64,000 bases of DNA from Tubulanus polymorphus (taxonomy: Eukaryota; Animalia; Nemertea): contig NC_134035.1 of the NCBI RefSeq assembly GCF_964204645.1, forward strand, positions 6,262,001 to 6,326,000. The letters are read 5' to 3'. The position numbers were made by a program, and so were the translations under genes. Shown one piece after another: positions 12,101-25,235 of this stretch. Each line of letters begins with the position of its first letter. The first letter of the stretch is position 1. Below the pieces are notes generated by a model. It worked only from the letters and a program-made list of their open reading frames with translations, was not told the DNA's origin and ran no database searches.

Positions 12101-15100
12101 AAACAAAATGAACATTCTGAATGTATAATGTTCGCGGTTCATCTGGTGTTGCATCAGCACGATGTACGGGCCCGGACCCGTTCCGCATCTCCGCACCATA
12201 CTATCGCAACGCAGCCTCTAAAGTTACGCTCATGGCAACGATTGCAATTTTCTGATTTATCTTCTAGACCTGGATGAGTGTGATGATGCCAACCCATGCA
12301 CGAACGGTGGAACCTGTAGGAACGTAGCGCTATCTGGATATACGTGTACCTGTACGGCTGGGATGATCGGGGATGTAGATTGTGAAGGTTTGTAGTTTCT
12401 TAATGAGAACAGGGTGGATTCTTGCCTATGAATAGAGATTGCTCGCCCATTTTGAAATAGACAGTTAAAACCTGCAAACTTGACACTCATTTACACAAGG
12501 AATTGGTATCTTTTCGGATGTATTTCCTAAAACGTTTTGAACATGGGGAATCTATTGCGAGGAATGACTCACGTTCAAATGATAATTACTGAAAATATTT
12601 GAACTGTTTTGTTGTTTTTTTTTCTAATCACAGTTCAAGCTGAAGTGGACGTAGCCGTCATCATTGACGTATCACATGGTGTTTACAGCGGCGAGTGGAG
12701 CCGACTGTTTGAAGGAGCGAAGCAATTGCTGTCCCATTTCTACCTGGATCCAGCTCGGGCCCAGGTGGCTGTCGGAAGTGTTGCGAAAAACTTCAGACGC
12801 GGCACCGATTTAAATACTTGCTACAGGTTATCATACTCGCTTGCCAGGGTTTATGTCAACCATCGAAGCTCACGCCACTGCAAACCCTAGCCGCAAACCC
12901 TCGACTGGTCTGTCAAGTCCAGCTGATGTGGACTGCGCTTCGATTCCCAGCGACTGAGGCCGACTAGCGGGAGATGAGATCCACCCAGTTGCTTCCTTGC
13001 TTTCGTCGGTTACGTTTACTGCTAACTGCATCCACTCAGATGGTCACGTGATTTTGAAACATTTTGAGAATGAATTCAATTTCATTTAGAGAATCAAGTG
13101 AAACACTATTTCTTTAAGATCAATATCTTTCTGATTCTTAGTCCGATTAAGGGATTTTCGGCGGGAGGCGATCAAACCCTGGCAAGCGAGGATGTAGATT
13201 ATATATTTAAAAAACAGTAAACTGCGCCTTATATGCAAACGTTGGGGTAATGCGAATATTTCATCGAGTGCCTGAGTAAAGCGGGTAAAGTTGAGTCTAC
13301 TGCAAAGCATTCACGCACATCCCCTCTTTGATAAGACATGTTTCCTAATGATCGGAAATTCTTTCCCTTACATAAAACGACGTATAACATTTTTTCAGTT
13401 TGAACTGTCTGATGAGCGTCACAGAAGGGTGGCGATGGACCGGCGAAATCGCTAACACATATTTAGGCTTTGAATTCGCCAAAAAGGAGCTGTTGGTGAA
13501 AAATGGCGCGAGAGGGTCGGCGTCGAAGGCGGTGGTCTACATTGGTAGCGGTCTGACTACGGACCGTTGGAGGACGTCTGAAGCCATCCATAAACTGCTG
13601 ACACACGGAGTGCGAGTTTACTCGCTGCTAACGATGTCCTACACTGTATTACACAATCTACCCAATCACTTTTTGGAGAATATTCGAATCGCCGACGATT
13701 TCACCGAAATGCAAACAAAATCGCAAGATCTTTTAAAGAAATTAATCGCTGGTGAGTTATCTACGCTTTGAATAAGGAAAATAGATAGATTTGAACGAAT
13801 TTGATGTTAAGGAAAGCAGCACCAAACTAAATGCTACCCAATAGAGTGCAGTTTACTGTAATGATAATCCTCTCACATGCCACTTTTTATCATAAGTAGT
13901 AATGCAATATGTTCTTTTTTCAGATGCCAGCTGTGACATGGGAAAAGTGAAAACGGCCGGAAAGTGTAAAGGTACGCATTTTAGCCTCGGATGAGTTTCT
14001 TTTATTCCGGTTGTGACTCAGGTATGGTGGCTGATTCGGGCCATACTAAAAAAAATTTCTGTACGGCTAGAGCAACGATAAAAAAATTTTCACAGTGACC
14101 CTTTTTTGGTTTTCTCGCGCGAGAATTCAAAAAGTTTGGTTTTCTCGCGCGAGAATTAAAAACTTTTGGTTTTCTCACGCGAGAAAACAAAACATTTTGG
14201 TTTTCTCGCGCGAGAATTTAAAAAGTTTGGTTTTTTTGCGCGAGAATTCAAAACTTTTGGTTTTCTCGCGCGAGAATTCAAAAAGTTTGGTTTTCTCGCG
14301 CGAGAATTCAAAAAGTTTGGTTTTCTCGCGCGAGAATTCAAAACGTTTTGAATTCCCGCGCGGAAAAACCAAAATGTTTTGTTTTCTCGCGAGAGAAAAC
14401 CAAACTTTTTGAATTCTCGCACGAAAAAACCAAAAAAGGGCCACTGTGAAAATTGTTTTATCGTTGCTCTAGCCGTACAGAAATTTTTTTAAGTATGGCC
14501 CGAATCAGCCACCATAGGTAACCGCGGGTGACACAAGAATTGTCTATTCCAATTTAGATGTAGATGAGTGCGTCTCAACCAAACATATCTGTCCCAGGAA
14601 GGATCAAAAGTGTGTAGACACCAAAGCAGCATATCAATGTCCGTGTTCATCTACCGTACAGGCGTGTAAAGGTAACTTACGCATCTTACTGTAGAACTGC
14701 GTTGTTTTGACGTCAACGACCAGAACTAAGTTCTTAGTTCTCGGTCAAATTTGTTAGTTCATTTTAAATGTTTAAACTCTGGCAGGTAAATCTATAAACG
14801 AGATGTTGATATATGTTGTAATTCTTTCCTCATTATAGAATACATCGAACTGGATCTCGTCATTATGTTAGATAAATCGAATAAGATGAAGAGCGCAACT
14901 TACAAGCTTTACTATGTTATCTTATCCAATCTATTGCGTCGTTTTAAGATCACACCCGACTACGCTCGGGTCGCTTTAGTCGTTTACGGTAAAACACCGT
15001 TGGTCGAAAAGAACCTCAACGACTGCGTGGACGCTGATTGTTTGGGTAAAAGCATCCTGAACAGAAATTGGGCACACGAGAATTCAGCTGCAAATTTAGG

Positions 15101-18100
15101 ACTTGCTTTTGACGTGGTCAGAGAGAAGATCTTGCTGTCAGTCGATCGCAGGAAAGGCGTACCTTTGAATATTCTGTACCTGGGTAGCGGCGTCGCTGAT
15201 GACAATGAGCGATTATTACTGGAGCTCGAACATATAGGGCGACTGGGCCATAAAATACACTGCGTTTCACCAACTTCGAGCAATTCATTGGCTGATCGTC
15301 TGCCGTCAGTTCAACGTCTGAAACTGAGCTCTGCTTTGAAAATCTCGGTTCCTGTACACGCCATTGCTCGATTTGTAGCCAAAGGTAAACACCGATCACA
15401 AAATTACTGTGTAAAAAGACAAGATTGTATCAGAATAATGGCAGTCTCTTCAGGTGGTAGTAACAGTAAAACCCACAATCATCAGATTCAGAAAATTCTG
15501 TTGAACCATGCACCGGCACGGGACCCAGTGCCTTATTTTTCAAGTACAGCCAGCTTGCTTGCACTGGGTCCCATGTTATCTTATTACTAATCAAAATAGT
15601 ATTTGACTTGACCTACGAGCAATCATCTTCACTCGCAAACTTGATTGATATCGCATGTATATGAAATACGTGAAGATTATTATGAGAAGATTATTATCAT
15701 CGTTGTTTTAGTATGGTATGATGGTTGATTGTGGCCATATCGTGAAATTCTGATATGAATGCCCCCGTCGTTTTGGTGCCCTCCCGCCAAAAAGAAGACT
15801 CTTCTGGATTTTTTTAGAAACTTTTTTCGTTTTTCGTTGTTTTGTTGTGGCCACTATACTGTAGAGCAATTAAATTCAAATCATTTTTCAACAAAATAGA
15901 TTTTTTTTCTCTTCAAATGAAATTTTTAATAGGTGCCATTTGCGACCATGGCTATACGGAATCAACCCCTGGCAAGTGCGTAGGTGAGTGTGCATTGATA
16001 GTACGTCAGAAAGAGCAGTTTCCTCCTTGAACGATGCAAATCATTAATTATTGCTCTTCAACTTATAGCTAATTGAAATACGCTAAAGGTTTCATCAATG
16101 ATTTAGAATTAGAATGTACCGATCATGAATGAAATTCGCTTTTCAAACTTCAGACATCGATGAGTGTAAGGCTATACTGAAACCGTGCTTCTACGCGGAA
16201 GGTCAATGCCACAACATGGTGGTTGGTGGTTTCCGCTGTATCTGTCCTCAAGTGCCAAAGAAAGTTTGCTTGGGTAAGAAGCGTCAACATCTAGAAAAAT
16301 CCAGTGGTCAATTGCTCAAATAATTTTTGTTCCAGTGGACTTTATTCCCAAAGCGGATAATTACCGTGGGACTGGGTCCACCAGAACTGTAGAACTGTAT
16401 CTAGGTTTCGGATAAACATTTAACCGATCGCAGCTTCTTTCTTCGAATTGCGTTTGATTTCTTTTTTGTAGAACGAACCAAATTGAATGTAGCTATCTAC
16501 TTAGACAAGTCGTCTGCAGCGGCTGGTAAATTCAGCCAGTATTTGAATCTATACAAGGCGATTATAAGGTGAAGACATCAAGACGCGATTCCTGCTATGT
16601 TATTATCAAATAAAAAACGCCTTCAAAATCTTGAATATGTTTGAACCTATTCCTGATCTACTGATTCTTGTACTTCTTTTTATGCAGACACCTTGCTGTA
16701 CACATAGATTTCGTCCAAGTTTCTGCGAACTACCTGGACGATACGGTCTCTAAAGTTACGGACAGTTGTAACAGTTCTTATTGCATCGTCGATTCGCTGA
16801 ATAAACTAAAGCTCACGGCGAGCGGAAAGCGTCCGGACACTTGGAAGGCGTTTGAACACGCCCGCAATACGGTCTTCACCGGCGCATTTCAACGTTCTAG
16901 TGTTGATAACATCGTTATCTACGTCGGTCCCGGACATTCGAGCGATCTGTCAAAAACCGTACATTCGATTCATCGTTTGAATTTGGATAATGTTCGGGTT
17001 TATGCGCTGGGTGACGGGACGGCTAAAGATGTCGTTTCGGCGACGTTGCCCACGATATACGGCCCGAAATTCATAGCTGCGGGCGGTTACAACCTGGGAA
17101 CAAGTACGCACACTGCAACACAGCTGGACGCACTGGCATACGCACTAACGAACCAAGTATTTGCCAGTATGTATACATAGGTCGATGTTTTATGAAATGA
17201 TAATTCTTTAGGTGAGGCTGTAGAACCAAGTTTCTTATGGATGTGATTTAGATTTAAAAACCTAAAAGCTATTCGATTAGAAAAGTAGGCCTAATGTATA
17301 TAATGGATCTGGATTTCCGAGTGTAAGTGGGTTCAATGTCAAATGTGAAAACTTAACCAAATGTAGAACAAGTCACGGCGAAATTTCTTCTCTTTTCTTG
17401 TGTATGCTTTTAGATACTGCCGCTTCATCGTATTATAAATACATCGACACCAACAACGATGCTGAATTGGGTAAGAACTTTATGCGTTAATGAAACTTTC
17501 CTGGATACCACAGCGCTGCCACCAAGATAATCATGACATTGTAAAAAAAGTAATGCTGACCAATCATCGTTCTATGGTGGTATTTCGTAAAATAATTCTA
17601 TATATGCAAATTTATGCAAATTACACACAGGATCAACGCGCCAAATTGAAAAATTTTACTGTGGTTGAATGCTTGTTTTGGCGGGGGTGCCAAAACGGAA
17701 ATAACCGCGCCAAAACGAAATAATCTTTGTTTTGGCGCACCAAAACGAACTTTCAGAGAAAATTGGACGTTTTTTTTTCGTTTTGGCGTTTTGGCGTTCT
17801 GGCGCCCTGATTTGCATACCAGCAATTTTTTGCTATGGCCCTTATCAGCCACCATATATCTTCGTTAATTCAGTTAGATTTGGTGTTCCAGATGCGAGCA
17901 TTGAGGAGAAAATGCCCCCGCACACGAGCCGAAAAATGCGCCATTTTGTGTACGCCAATCAGTGAGCAGGGATTTAATTTGTAGACTATCATTGTATCAG
18001 AACAATTTTTCATAGTAGTTCTTTTCGTGCTATCGCAATGGCCCATAGACCTGCACCTAATCCCAATCTCCACGGGTCTTGTCAAAGTTCCCGAGATGTC

Positions 18101-19556
18101 ACTTGGGCTCCACGGGTGGGGGCGTATGCCACATAATCTTAAATGGTCTGACTAAATTCTACGTCCAATGGAGCGAAAAGTTTGGGCTAAAAACTTTACG
18201 CATGGTTTCCTCCGGTTTTGCTAAGTTGGTATTAAATTGGATGGCAGCGTTATAACGGACTTTAAAATGCACTGTGGCCAATTTTTAGCCTCTTTTGGTA
18301 TTCTGAATTTACAATTACAGATGTGAACGAGTGTTCAGCAAAGAGTCCATGCGTTAACGGTGGAACATGTTTGAACCGTGACCCCGGTTTCATATGTCCC
18401 TGTCGTAAGAGCAAAGTTCCTAATTGTAAAGGTAAGCTGCGCATTGTCATTATTTAACGAAGTGCAAACCATACATTATTGATCATCGTGTAGGTAATAA
18501 AACAAACTAAAATTAATTTTCATGCAGAGATGACCAAGTTAGAAATAGCGATGATATTGGATTGCTCGGAGTATATCTATGCTGATGAATTTGACCAGCT
18601 GAAGAAGTTTTTCAAAGCTATCCTCAACAGGTTTTATGTGCATCCGGATTTTGTGCGCGTGTCCCTGGCTTCGGTCGAGGCTACAACCACCGTGCACACA
18701 ACCCTCGACCAGTGCAAGAACTTGAAGTGTCTAACTGCGGTTGTAGATGGTTGGGGTCGCAGCAAGTCGAGATGGGTTGACACCCATACGGCATTGAAAA
18801 AAGCACGCTCCGAAATGCTGGTGAAAGGCGCCCGTAAATTGTCGGATACGAACATCAAATCGAATTCGGTTGTAGTATACGTCGGAAGTGGTGTCGCTTC
18901 AGAGAGATCTCTCACGTTACAGGCCCTGCAGGCGATTTGGGATGATGACGTCAGATTCTATGGTCTGTTCTATGATATCGAGGAGAATGTATTCCGCAAA
19001 GTTGTTCCAGAAAAATATCGCGATTTCATCCCATATAACATGCCAGATTCATTTCTGACCACCCTACCACAGGTCCTAGCCCATCGAATTACAGACGGTT
19101 TGTAGAAATATAACATTAACTCAGACATGTCTATTTCAGGTAAAACATTTAAATATGGTTTTCTTGATATATCTTATTTGCAGATGATATCTGTCCTTAC
19201 GGAGAATTCCTCAATCCTATAACTTCAACGTGTTCGGGTAAAGTTAAACCACTAATTAAACTGCTGTCAATTTCACCACTCCTAAAAACCTATGCGCGAA
19301 GTTATATTGTGATAAATTTACCTCATCGTTATAAGAATCGTTTACATAAGAAATATGATATTTTACAAATATCGCGTTTAAAATATACTCTGTACTGCTT
19401 GCAAACACACTTGACAGTGGGAGATCATTGTGACGTTTAGATTTTGAAGTTAATCGATTTTCTATTCCTGTAGATGTAGATGAATGCCAGAAGAACAACC
19501 CTTGTTTTACCGGGGGCACGTGCTCAAACCAGGCTGGCGATTACTTATGTGCATAA
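9142..19556 (+). CDS. Secreted multi-vWA / Ca-binding EGF extracellular matrix protein (~1217 aa; signal peptide plus 5 x [vWA, short mostly Cys-pair exon, cbEGF]); matrilin/collagen VI-like domains
   Basis: 19 coding exons with consistent phases: 9142-9211 (signal peptide MKLVHYLAVFVVLISVWTGTNA), 9803-10101, 11672-11912, 12014-12061, 12268-12387, 12634-12826, 13399-13751, 13924-13971, 14558-14671, 14839-15384, 15933-15983, 16154-16273, 16472-16568, 16688-17166, 17414-17470, 18321-18431, 18528-19097, 19184-19237, 19474-19556; total 3654 nt. vWA starts are DVVILLDSSSS, DVAVIIDVS, DLVIMLDKS, NVAIYLDKS and EIAMILDCS. EGFs start DLDEC, DVDEC, DIDEC, DVNEC and DVDEC. Confidence 0.9.
11141..11326. 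repeat. Degenerate ~58-bp G-rich minisatellite (about 3 copies)
   Basis: Recurring (g)gctagggt...gacc..gggt.agggttgt units in an intron of the vWA gene. Confidence 0.6.
14024..14514. mobile_element. Foldback-like MITE with TA TSD, long TIRs and an internal 30-bp palindromic minisatellite
   Basis: TA|tggtggctgattcgggccatact ... agtatggcccgaatcagccacca|TA. About 80 bp of non-repetitive TIR continues into tandem ggttttctcgcgcgagaattcaaaaagttt units. A partial copy lies at about 33617-33772. Confidence 0.85.
17575..17854. mobile_element. Related MITE with a tggcccttatcagccacca|TA right end and internal ttttggcg/cgccaaaa repeats
   Basis: The right terminus is nearly identical to that of the 14024-14514 element, and the left end is TA|tggtgg. 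A similar degenerate copy lies at about 42405-42855. Confidence 0.55.
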
Positions 19557-22500
19557 AACCATACAGTGAGTTGAAATGTATCGAAGATTAAATATATCAA
19601 TGTCTCACTCTGTTTGGTAGAGCTCAAAACACTGTTCCAATATCCTATGTATCCTATAGTAAAGAAATTCGAGAGTTAAATTCATATAGCCCGTAAATCC
19701 AAGGGAAATCCTGTTTATGGCCGGCAACACGTTGATTTTCTTCCGCATACAACGCTACCAAACCTTTAAGTTCTTTTAGGGGTATTGGTCTACGCATTTT
19801 GATGCGACTTAGCTTAACTGATCTTATGCTTGATGACCTATCACTTAAACGCGGCCATCTTGATCAGATGAGATCATACGAGAATTGAGAAAAGTATCAG
19901 TTACTGAGCAAATTGTTTCATCAAAATTATTCAAAAGTAATATGTGTTGTACGATGATTTCAGGTTCAAACTCTGCCCTGGTCAGCTGTTGACTGTTTCT
20001 GGGGCTGCTATGCGTAATGTTTACCGATAATTATCAATAAAATATAGTCGATTTTATTGTCAGTAAAATCGTTGTTTATCTTATATTTGATGAAATAAAG
20101 GAATGACTTTTATCGAAATATCTATGGATATTTTCAACGACTGTAAGAATAACTCTTTTAATCGGTGCTTGAATTCATGTACGGAATAACTTACTGAATC
20201 GTACAATCGAAGCTAGATAGATGGAATCTATTCTTTTATAAAACCTTCAACGCATTTAAAACTGGTACGTGTTTATCTATATTCTTTTCTATTTAAGTTT
20301 GTTTCAACTTTTAAGTTTTAGTTTGTTTAAGGTGGTGCTATGTTTAAGAATTGCGAAGCTTTACTGCTGCTGATATAAATCTGCAAACTCACATGTTGTA
20401 CGTGGCATGACTATTGCACATGTGTATTTTAATTGAACCGACATTAGATAAGAGAGAGTTGTGTCTATTCCCCGAATTGCATCTTAAAGAAGGTCAACAC
20501 AATTTGACGTCTTTGTGACGAACGCAACAATAAATTTTTCCTTGTTTCAACTTCATTCGATGTGCATGTAACACATATTTCGAATTTGAGCTTTAGTGAA
20601 AAATAAGTACGGGATTTTTCATTGCTAAGAGACATTTCTAGACCAAGTCATAGCATCTATATGCATATTGAATATTTTCGATATCATGATTTGGTAGTGC
20701 CGTGGCAAGTGAACACACAGCGCACATCATCAAACTCAGTATAATGATGATTGGATAGCGGAGAATATGAAAAAAAAAGAATCAGAGTGAACTCCCGATG
20801 ACTGATCACAATCGACCGTCGCGGTGATAATTCGACTTTCGGTTTTATCTAATACAGTTATCTTGATGGAAAACTAATGAAGCGCTTACACTGACTGACA
20901 GTCAAACGAGAGAATCGGGTGTCGGACCCCGTATCAGTGTCTCTTATTAACGACCGCGATAGTAGATCTTCATAATTGAATATTCGTCGTCTCTAAACTC
21001 TCTTATATCATCAATGACAAACAATCGTTCGAATGATTGATGATATTTACTTGTCTGTTAGACCACGATCGAACGAATTTTATAAGTACGAAATCGTTTG
21101 GTTGAAACAGTCGGAATTTGAAATAGTAAAACATTCAATATATTTATATATTCAAATATATACAATCTCAATCTAGACGTTTGTAGTCGCCATAGTTGAT
21201 GATCATTTTTGCAGATGACGACCAGCCGGTCAATCGAGAGTTCGTGGCTACGAATCCGAATGGGTTGAGGGGAACCTACTATAAATTATACCCTGAGAGA
21301 GCTCAACCAGTTGAGGGGTGAAAGAAAATCAACTTGTTTCCTATTCAAAATCTATTTTCATACAAGAAAAAGAACTAGAAACCAATTGAGAGATGTTTGT
21401 TTTCGATAGATTTCCGTAAACAGAGAACGGGTTTAAAAAACCGCAGTGCACTTATCAACGGAGTATCGAATAAAAGCTGTAGCTTCCCCTAAACGAATAT
21501 GGAGCTTATCGCATTATAGCTGCACACACACAGACATATAAATACTTTCATATCTCTGTGGAGAAGATGAGAGCGATCGAGCAGGAGAATCGACGCTGAC
21601 CGCTCAGAAAACGAATAATCACATTTGCTGGTAAACTCGACCGGTCGTAATTTGTCAGCCGAGATATAGCTTACCCGACTCGCAATTGACAGTCGGAGTC
21701 TTTTGCTTTTGTAACTGGAAACGGTTTCATTGTATCAGCTTCTGAGAGTGCATGTCATTTAGACGTTTCTACTGCCACATCACTGTCATAACCGTTTCTC
21801 ATCGTGACTCGAGCGTGCATATAAAACACGTCGAGCCAGTGAAATAAATAACATAATCACATTACCACAGTCGGTACTACAGCAGATCGGCCAGTCCTCT
21901 ACCGATAGTTATTAACATTAGGACCTCTTCTCTCGTTTTAAGGGGTAGCAGATTTGTGATTCGTCGGGTCTTGATTAATTTCTTCTCGTGTTCGCCTAGT
22001 AATCAAATTTACAACATCTCCACATCTCCATTTTCATCGACGATCCTTGAGAAGCGTAGGAATAATTGACCTAGATATTTTGTCCCAAGATATGGTCACC
22101 ACTAGTTGGTGATAGTATACTCTTCTCAAGGACCTTTACCGATTTGAAAAAATATTTGCGTCAAAATTAATTCCTCAGGGAAATTCACGGATGTATCGAA
22201 CTCCATACCATTGATAAACAACTGTATCCGTGTTGTGATAGTAAAATTACTTCATTCCTGTTGATGAATATTAGAATATAGTCGAAACCTCGAATAAACT
22301 ACTGGCTCTAGAACATATTTTCGGACTTTGTCTTATCATTGTGGGACTATCGATAATTTATCGATTTTATTTATTATTCCATCCAGCCCCTCGATTCCAA
22401 CCACTATGTAAAAGGAAATTTCTACGAAATTGTCTCTGCATGTCGGATTGTCGAAGGATATCTGGCCCCTCCGATATTGCTTTTAATTTTCGAAAATGTA

Positions 22501-24899
22501 CAATTTACGCCTTTCGCGTATTAATCTGTATTGTTATTCGCCGTCTGAACTACTGAATCAGAAAACTGAGTTGAGCCGCAACCCACATTATTGTAAGTAT
22601 AACTGTCATTCCCAAATAAAATCTAAAGATGCACGGAAGGATTCCACTCGAAACGTAAGAAAAATCAATTAACAGTTGTTTAGATGTGGGTTCCACTTTA
22701 ACTATTTACATAAGTGACACAACCTGTTGTCCGAGAGATGCAATGCGTATATTGAAAGTTACCTAACAACTTTGTGAGTCACGCTATCAGTAAATAAGCG
22801 TCGGCACTCTCGTGCATTTATTTTCTAGATTATCGCTACTAAACCCTATTTGTCCATTTTTTGCTGCAACTGCAAAGTGAAATAATTTTTTACGATGACT
22901 GAATGGCGCGAGTTGAGTTTACCAGCAGTCGTTTCCGCTATAAAGCGCTTCGTTAATTGCGTTACAAGCACCCCGCAGATGAGCGGCAACTGTGATGTGG
23001 TTATCTCCCTCCAAAATCCAAAATGTGCCCTCATCTCTCTAACCACTGCGTGCTGTGCACTGACTCAAACTGTTAGAATAAATCAAATTTTGTTATAGCA
23101 GCAACAATTTATGCAGCTTATATCGCACGCGAAAAAACAACTCAGTCGCAGCGCCGTGACTCAGCTCTTCTGTGTGTGTGTCATTAAAGAATTAAGGGTC
23201 TTGTCGCCTGCTGCTGCTGCTGTTGCTGTTGCTGGTATTTGTGCCCTGTGTTTTGATGTTATCGGAGTTCAAAGATTGCGCCTGATTCTCCAAGACTGAC
23301 AGCCGCGGATTTTGGCGTCGATCTCTGAACGTCGGGCATCAGCGCAATGACGCATGTTTTGAAACTATCATGATAATCATTTATAGTGGATGGGGAAAAT
23401 ACCGTAATACAGAAGAATAGGATTTTCAGAAACAGAACTAAATTCTATAGACTAAATATATGGGCCAAGGATCCAGTTCCACAGTGGACTCTGATTTCAA
23501 ATGAACTGATTTCAACTCAGAATTAAATTTTCAAATAAATCTCTGAAGATGGGTAGAAGAAGCATAATCCATCCGAAATATCAGAACAAAAATAATTACA
23601 ATAAATGTGTTTTGAATTTACACTGGGAGTGAAACAACTATGGTATGTAGTGTGCCCACTGTCAAAATGTCCCGTAGAGTCATTACCTTGGTATGTAGGG
23701 TGTCGCTTGGAACTTTTTTAGTTCCATATTACTAGGCTTTTATATTTCAGCTTGCGCATTAATTCCCCGATTTACTCCAGAAGCAACTCTTGTACTATAA
23801 TGCCGTATATCGGACTTGGGCCGAAATTCGAAGTTAGAAAGGTGCCTTAATTAATTTTTTCTTTTTTTGATTGATTTGAGTCTAGATTAATCTTGAAAGA
23901 AGCCGTGTTGATTCTTCAGTATTACGATTAAAAGTGAAAGAAAATTGAATGCTCAATCTGCACGGACGGGGCCATCTCTGGAACGTTCTAGCTATAAACC
24001 GATAGGGATGGATTTCCATTTCAAAAGCCATCATTACCAATTAGTGTTGACGATATTGAATACAAAATCGCGTCAATGACTCAGCAAAACCTTTAACTAC
24101 TAATACCCGACGAGTTCTCAGAAAATCTCTGTTAGAGGTTTATCTTTCGTAAGCACCTGTGTGAGCACGATTGAAATAGGGAGAAATGATTTCCTACCAT
24201 TTTGATGTATTGAAAACCAGAATTCGAGTTGGAGATTTATTCACTTGGATCTTTTCGAAAACTCAAGGCTTAGATTTCCGACCAGTCGCTGGTCAGCCAA
24301 CTTAAGGCCAGTCTACGGACCAATCTCATGATTAAGGATGATCTGCCGGACATATGAACTACTGAGATTGATTTGTCGCAGCTGCAACGACGAAGAATAT
24401 CGCCCAAAACATAATTCACAAAATTGACGAAATTCCCTACATTACTTTATTGCAACGTATGAATTTTCATGTACACAACCATCGATCGACATGTTTAATA
24501 TTCATAATGCATCATCGATAGTGAGAATCAGAGAGGGCGAGAGAGGAGAGAGCGACGAGGATGGGTTTTTTATCTGAGATTCATGCGGGTTCATATCTGG
24601 TATTCTGTGTGCGCATAACGCCCACAGCGCATGTCACAACTCATTAGTGAGTTTTAGTCATTAGCATCGCTCTCATCTACAGCTTGTTTTTCATTTAATT
24701 AACGCGACGAATCTCTGTGTTCTCCGCGCGGTCTCTGTGTACTTCTGCAGCACCTAACGTCATCTGTAAATATCGGTGCAGAAACTGCGCCATGGAGTAT
24801 CTAATTTCAAAATCAACCAACAAGTAAAGATGTTACGTGGGCATCTTGGAAAACGACTCCGCGTATATCAATAGCGAATTGCGTTTTCATTGGCGAAAG

Positions 24900-25235
24900 T
24901 CAATCAGGAATTTTTAGACTACGTCTACTTTCTCATGTTTTAAGCCATAGGAAAAGATATGAACAACACGTCTAAGTTCATCAAACAATCTTCTAATCCC
25001 ACGTACAAAATCTAATTTTGGTGATCGTGCTTTTACGGTTTCTGGACCCAAACTTTGGAATTCCCTCCCTGCAGGCCTGAGATCACTGGACTCAATCAGT
25101 CAATAGTTTCAAATCACAGCTCAAAACATGGTTGTTCCACAAACACTTTGAAGAAACAGCGCTTTCAGCATTGCAACATGGAAAGGCGCTATATGAATAC
25201 TTTTTCTTATAATTATTATCATTATTATTATCATA
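24900..25235 (+). mobile_element. 5'-truncated L2/CR1-group LINE 3' remnant
   Basis: Translates LLIPRTKSNFGDRAFTVSGPKLWNSLP, a typical ORF2 C-terminus, followed by a ggcgctatatgaat...(tat)n tail. Confidence 0.75.

Noticed and set aside
14002-14444. Several ORFs with 10-aa repeats (FGFLAREFKK, NSRARKPNFL); the array superficially resembles CRISPR
   Set aside because: These are translations of a 30-bp palindromic minisatellite inside a MITE. There are no unique spacers, no cas genes, and the context is eukaryotic.
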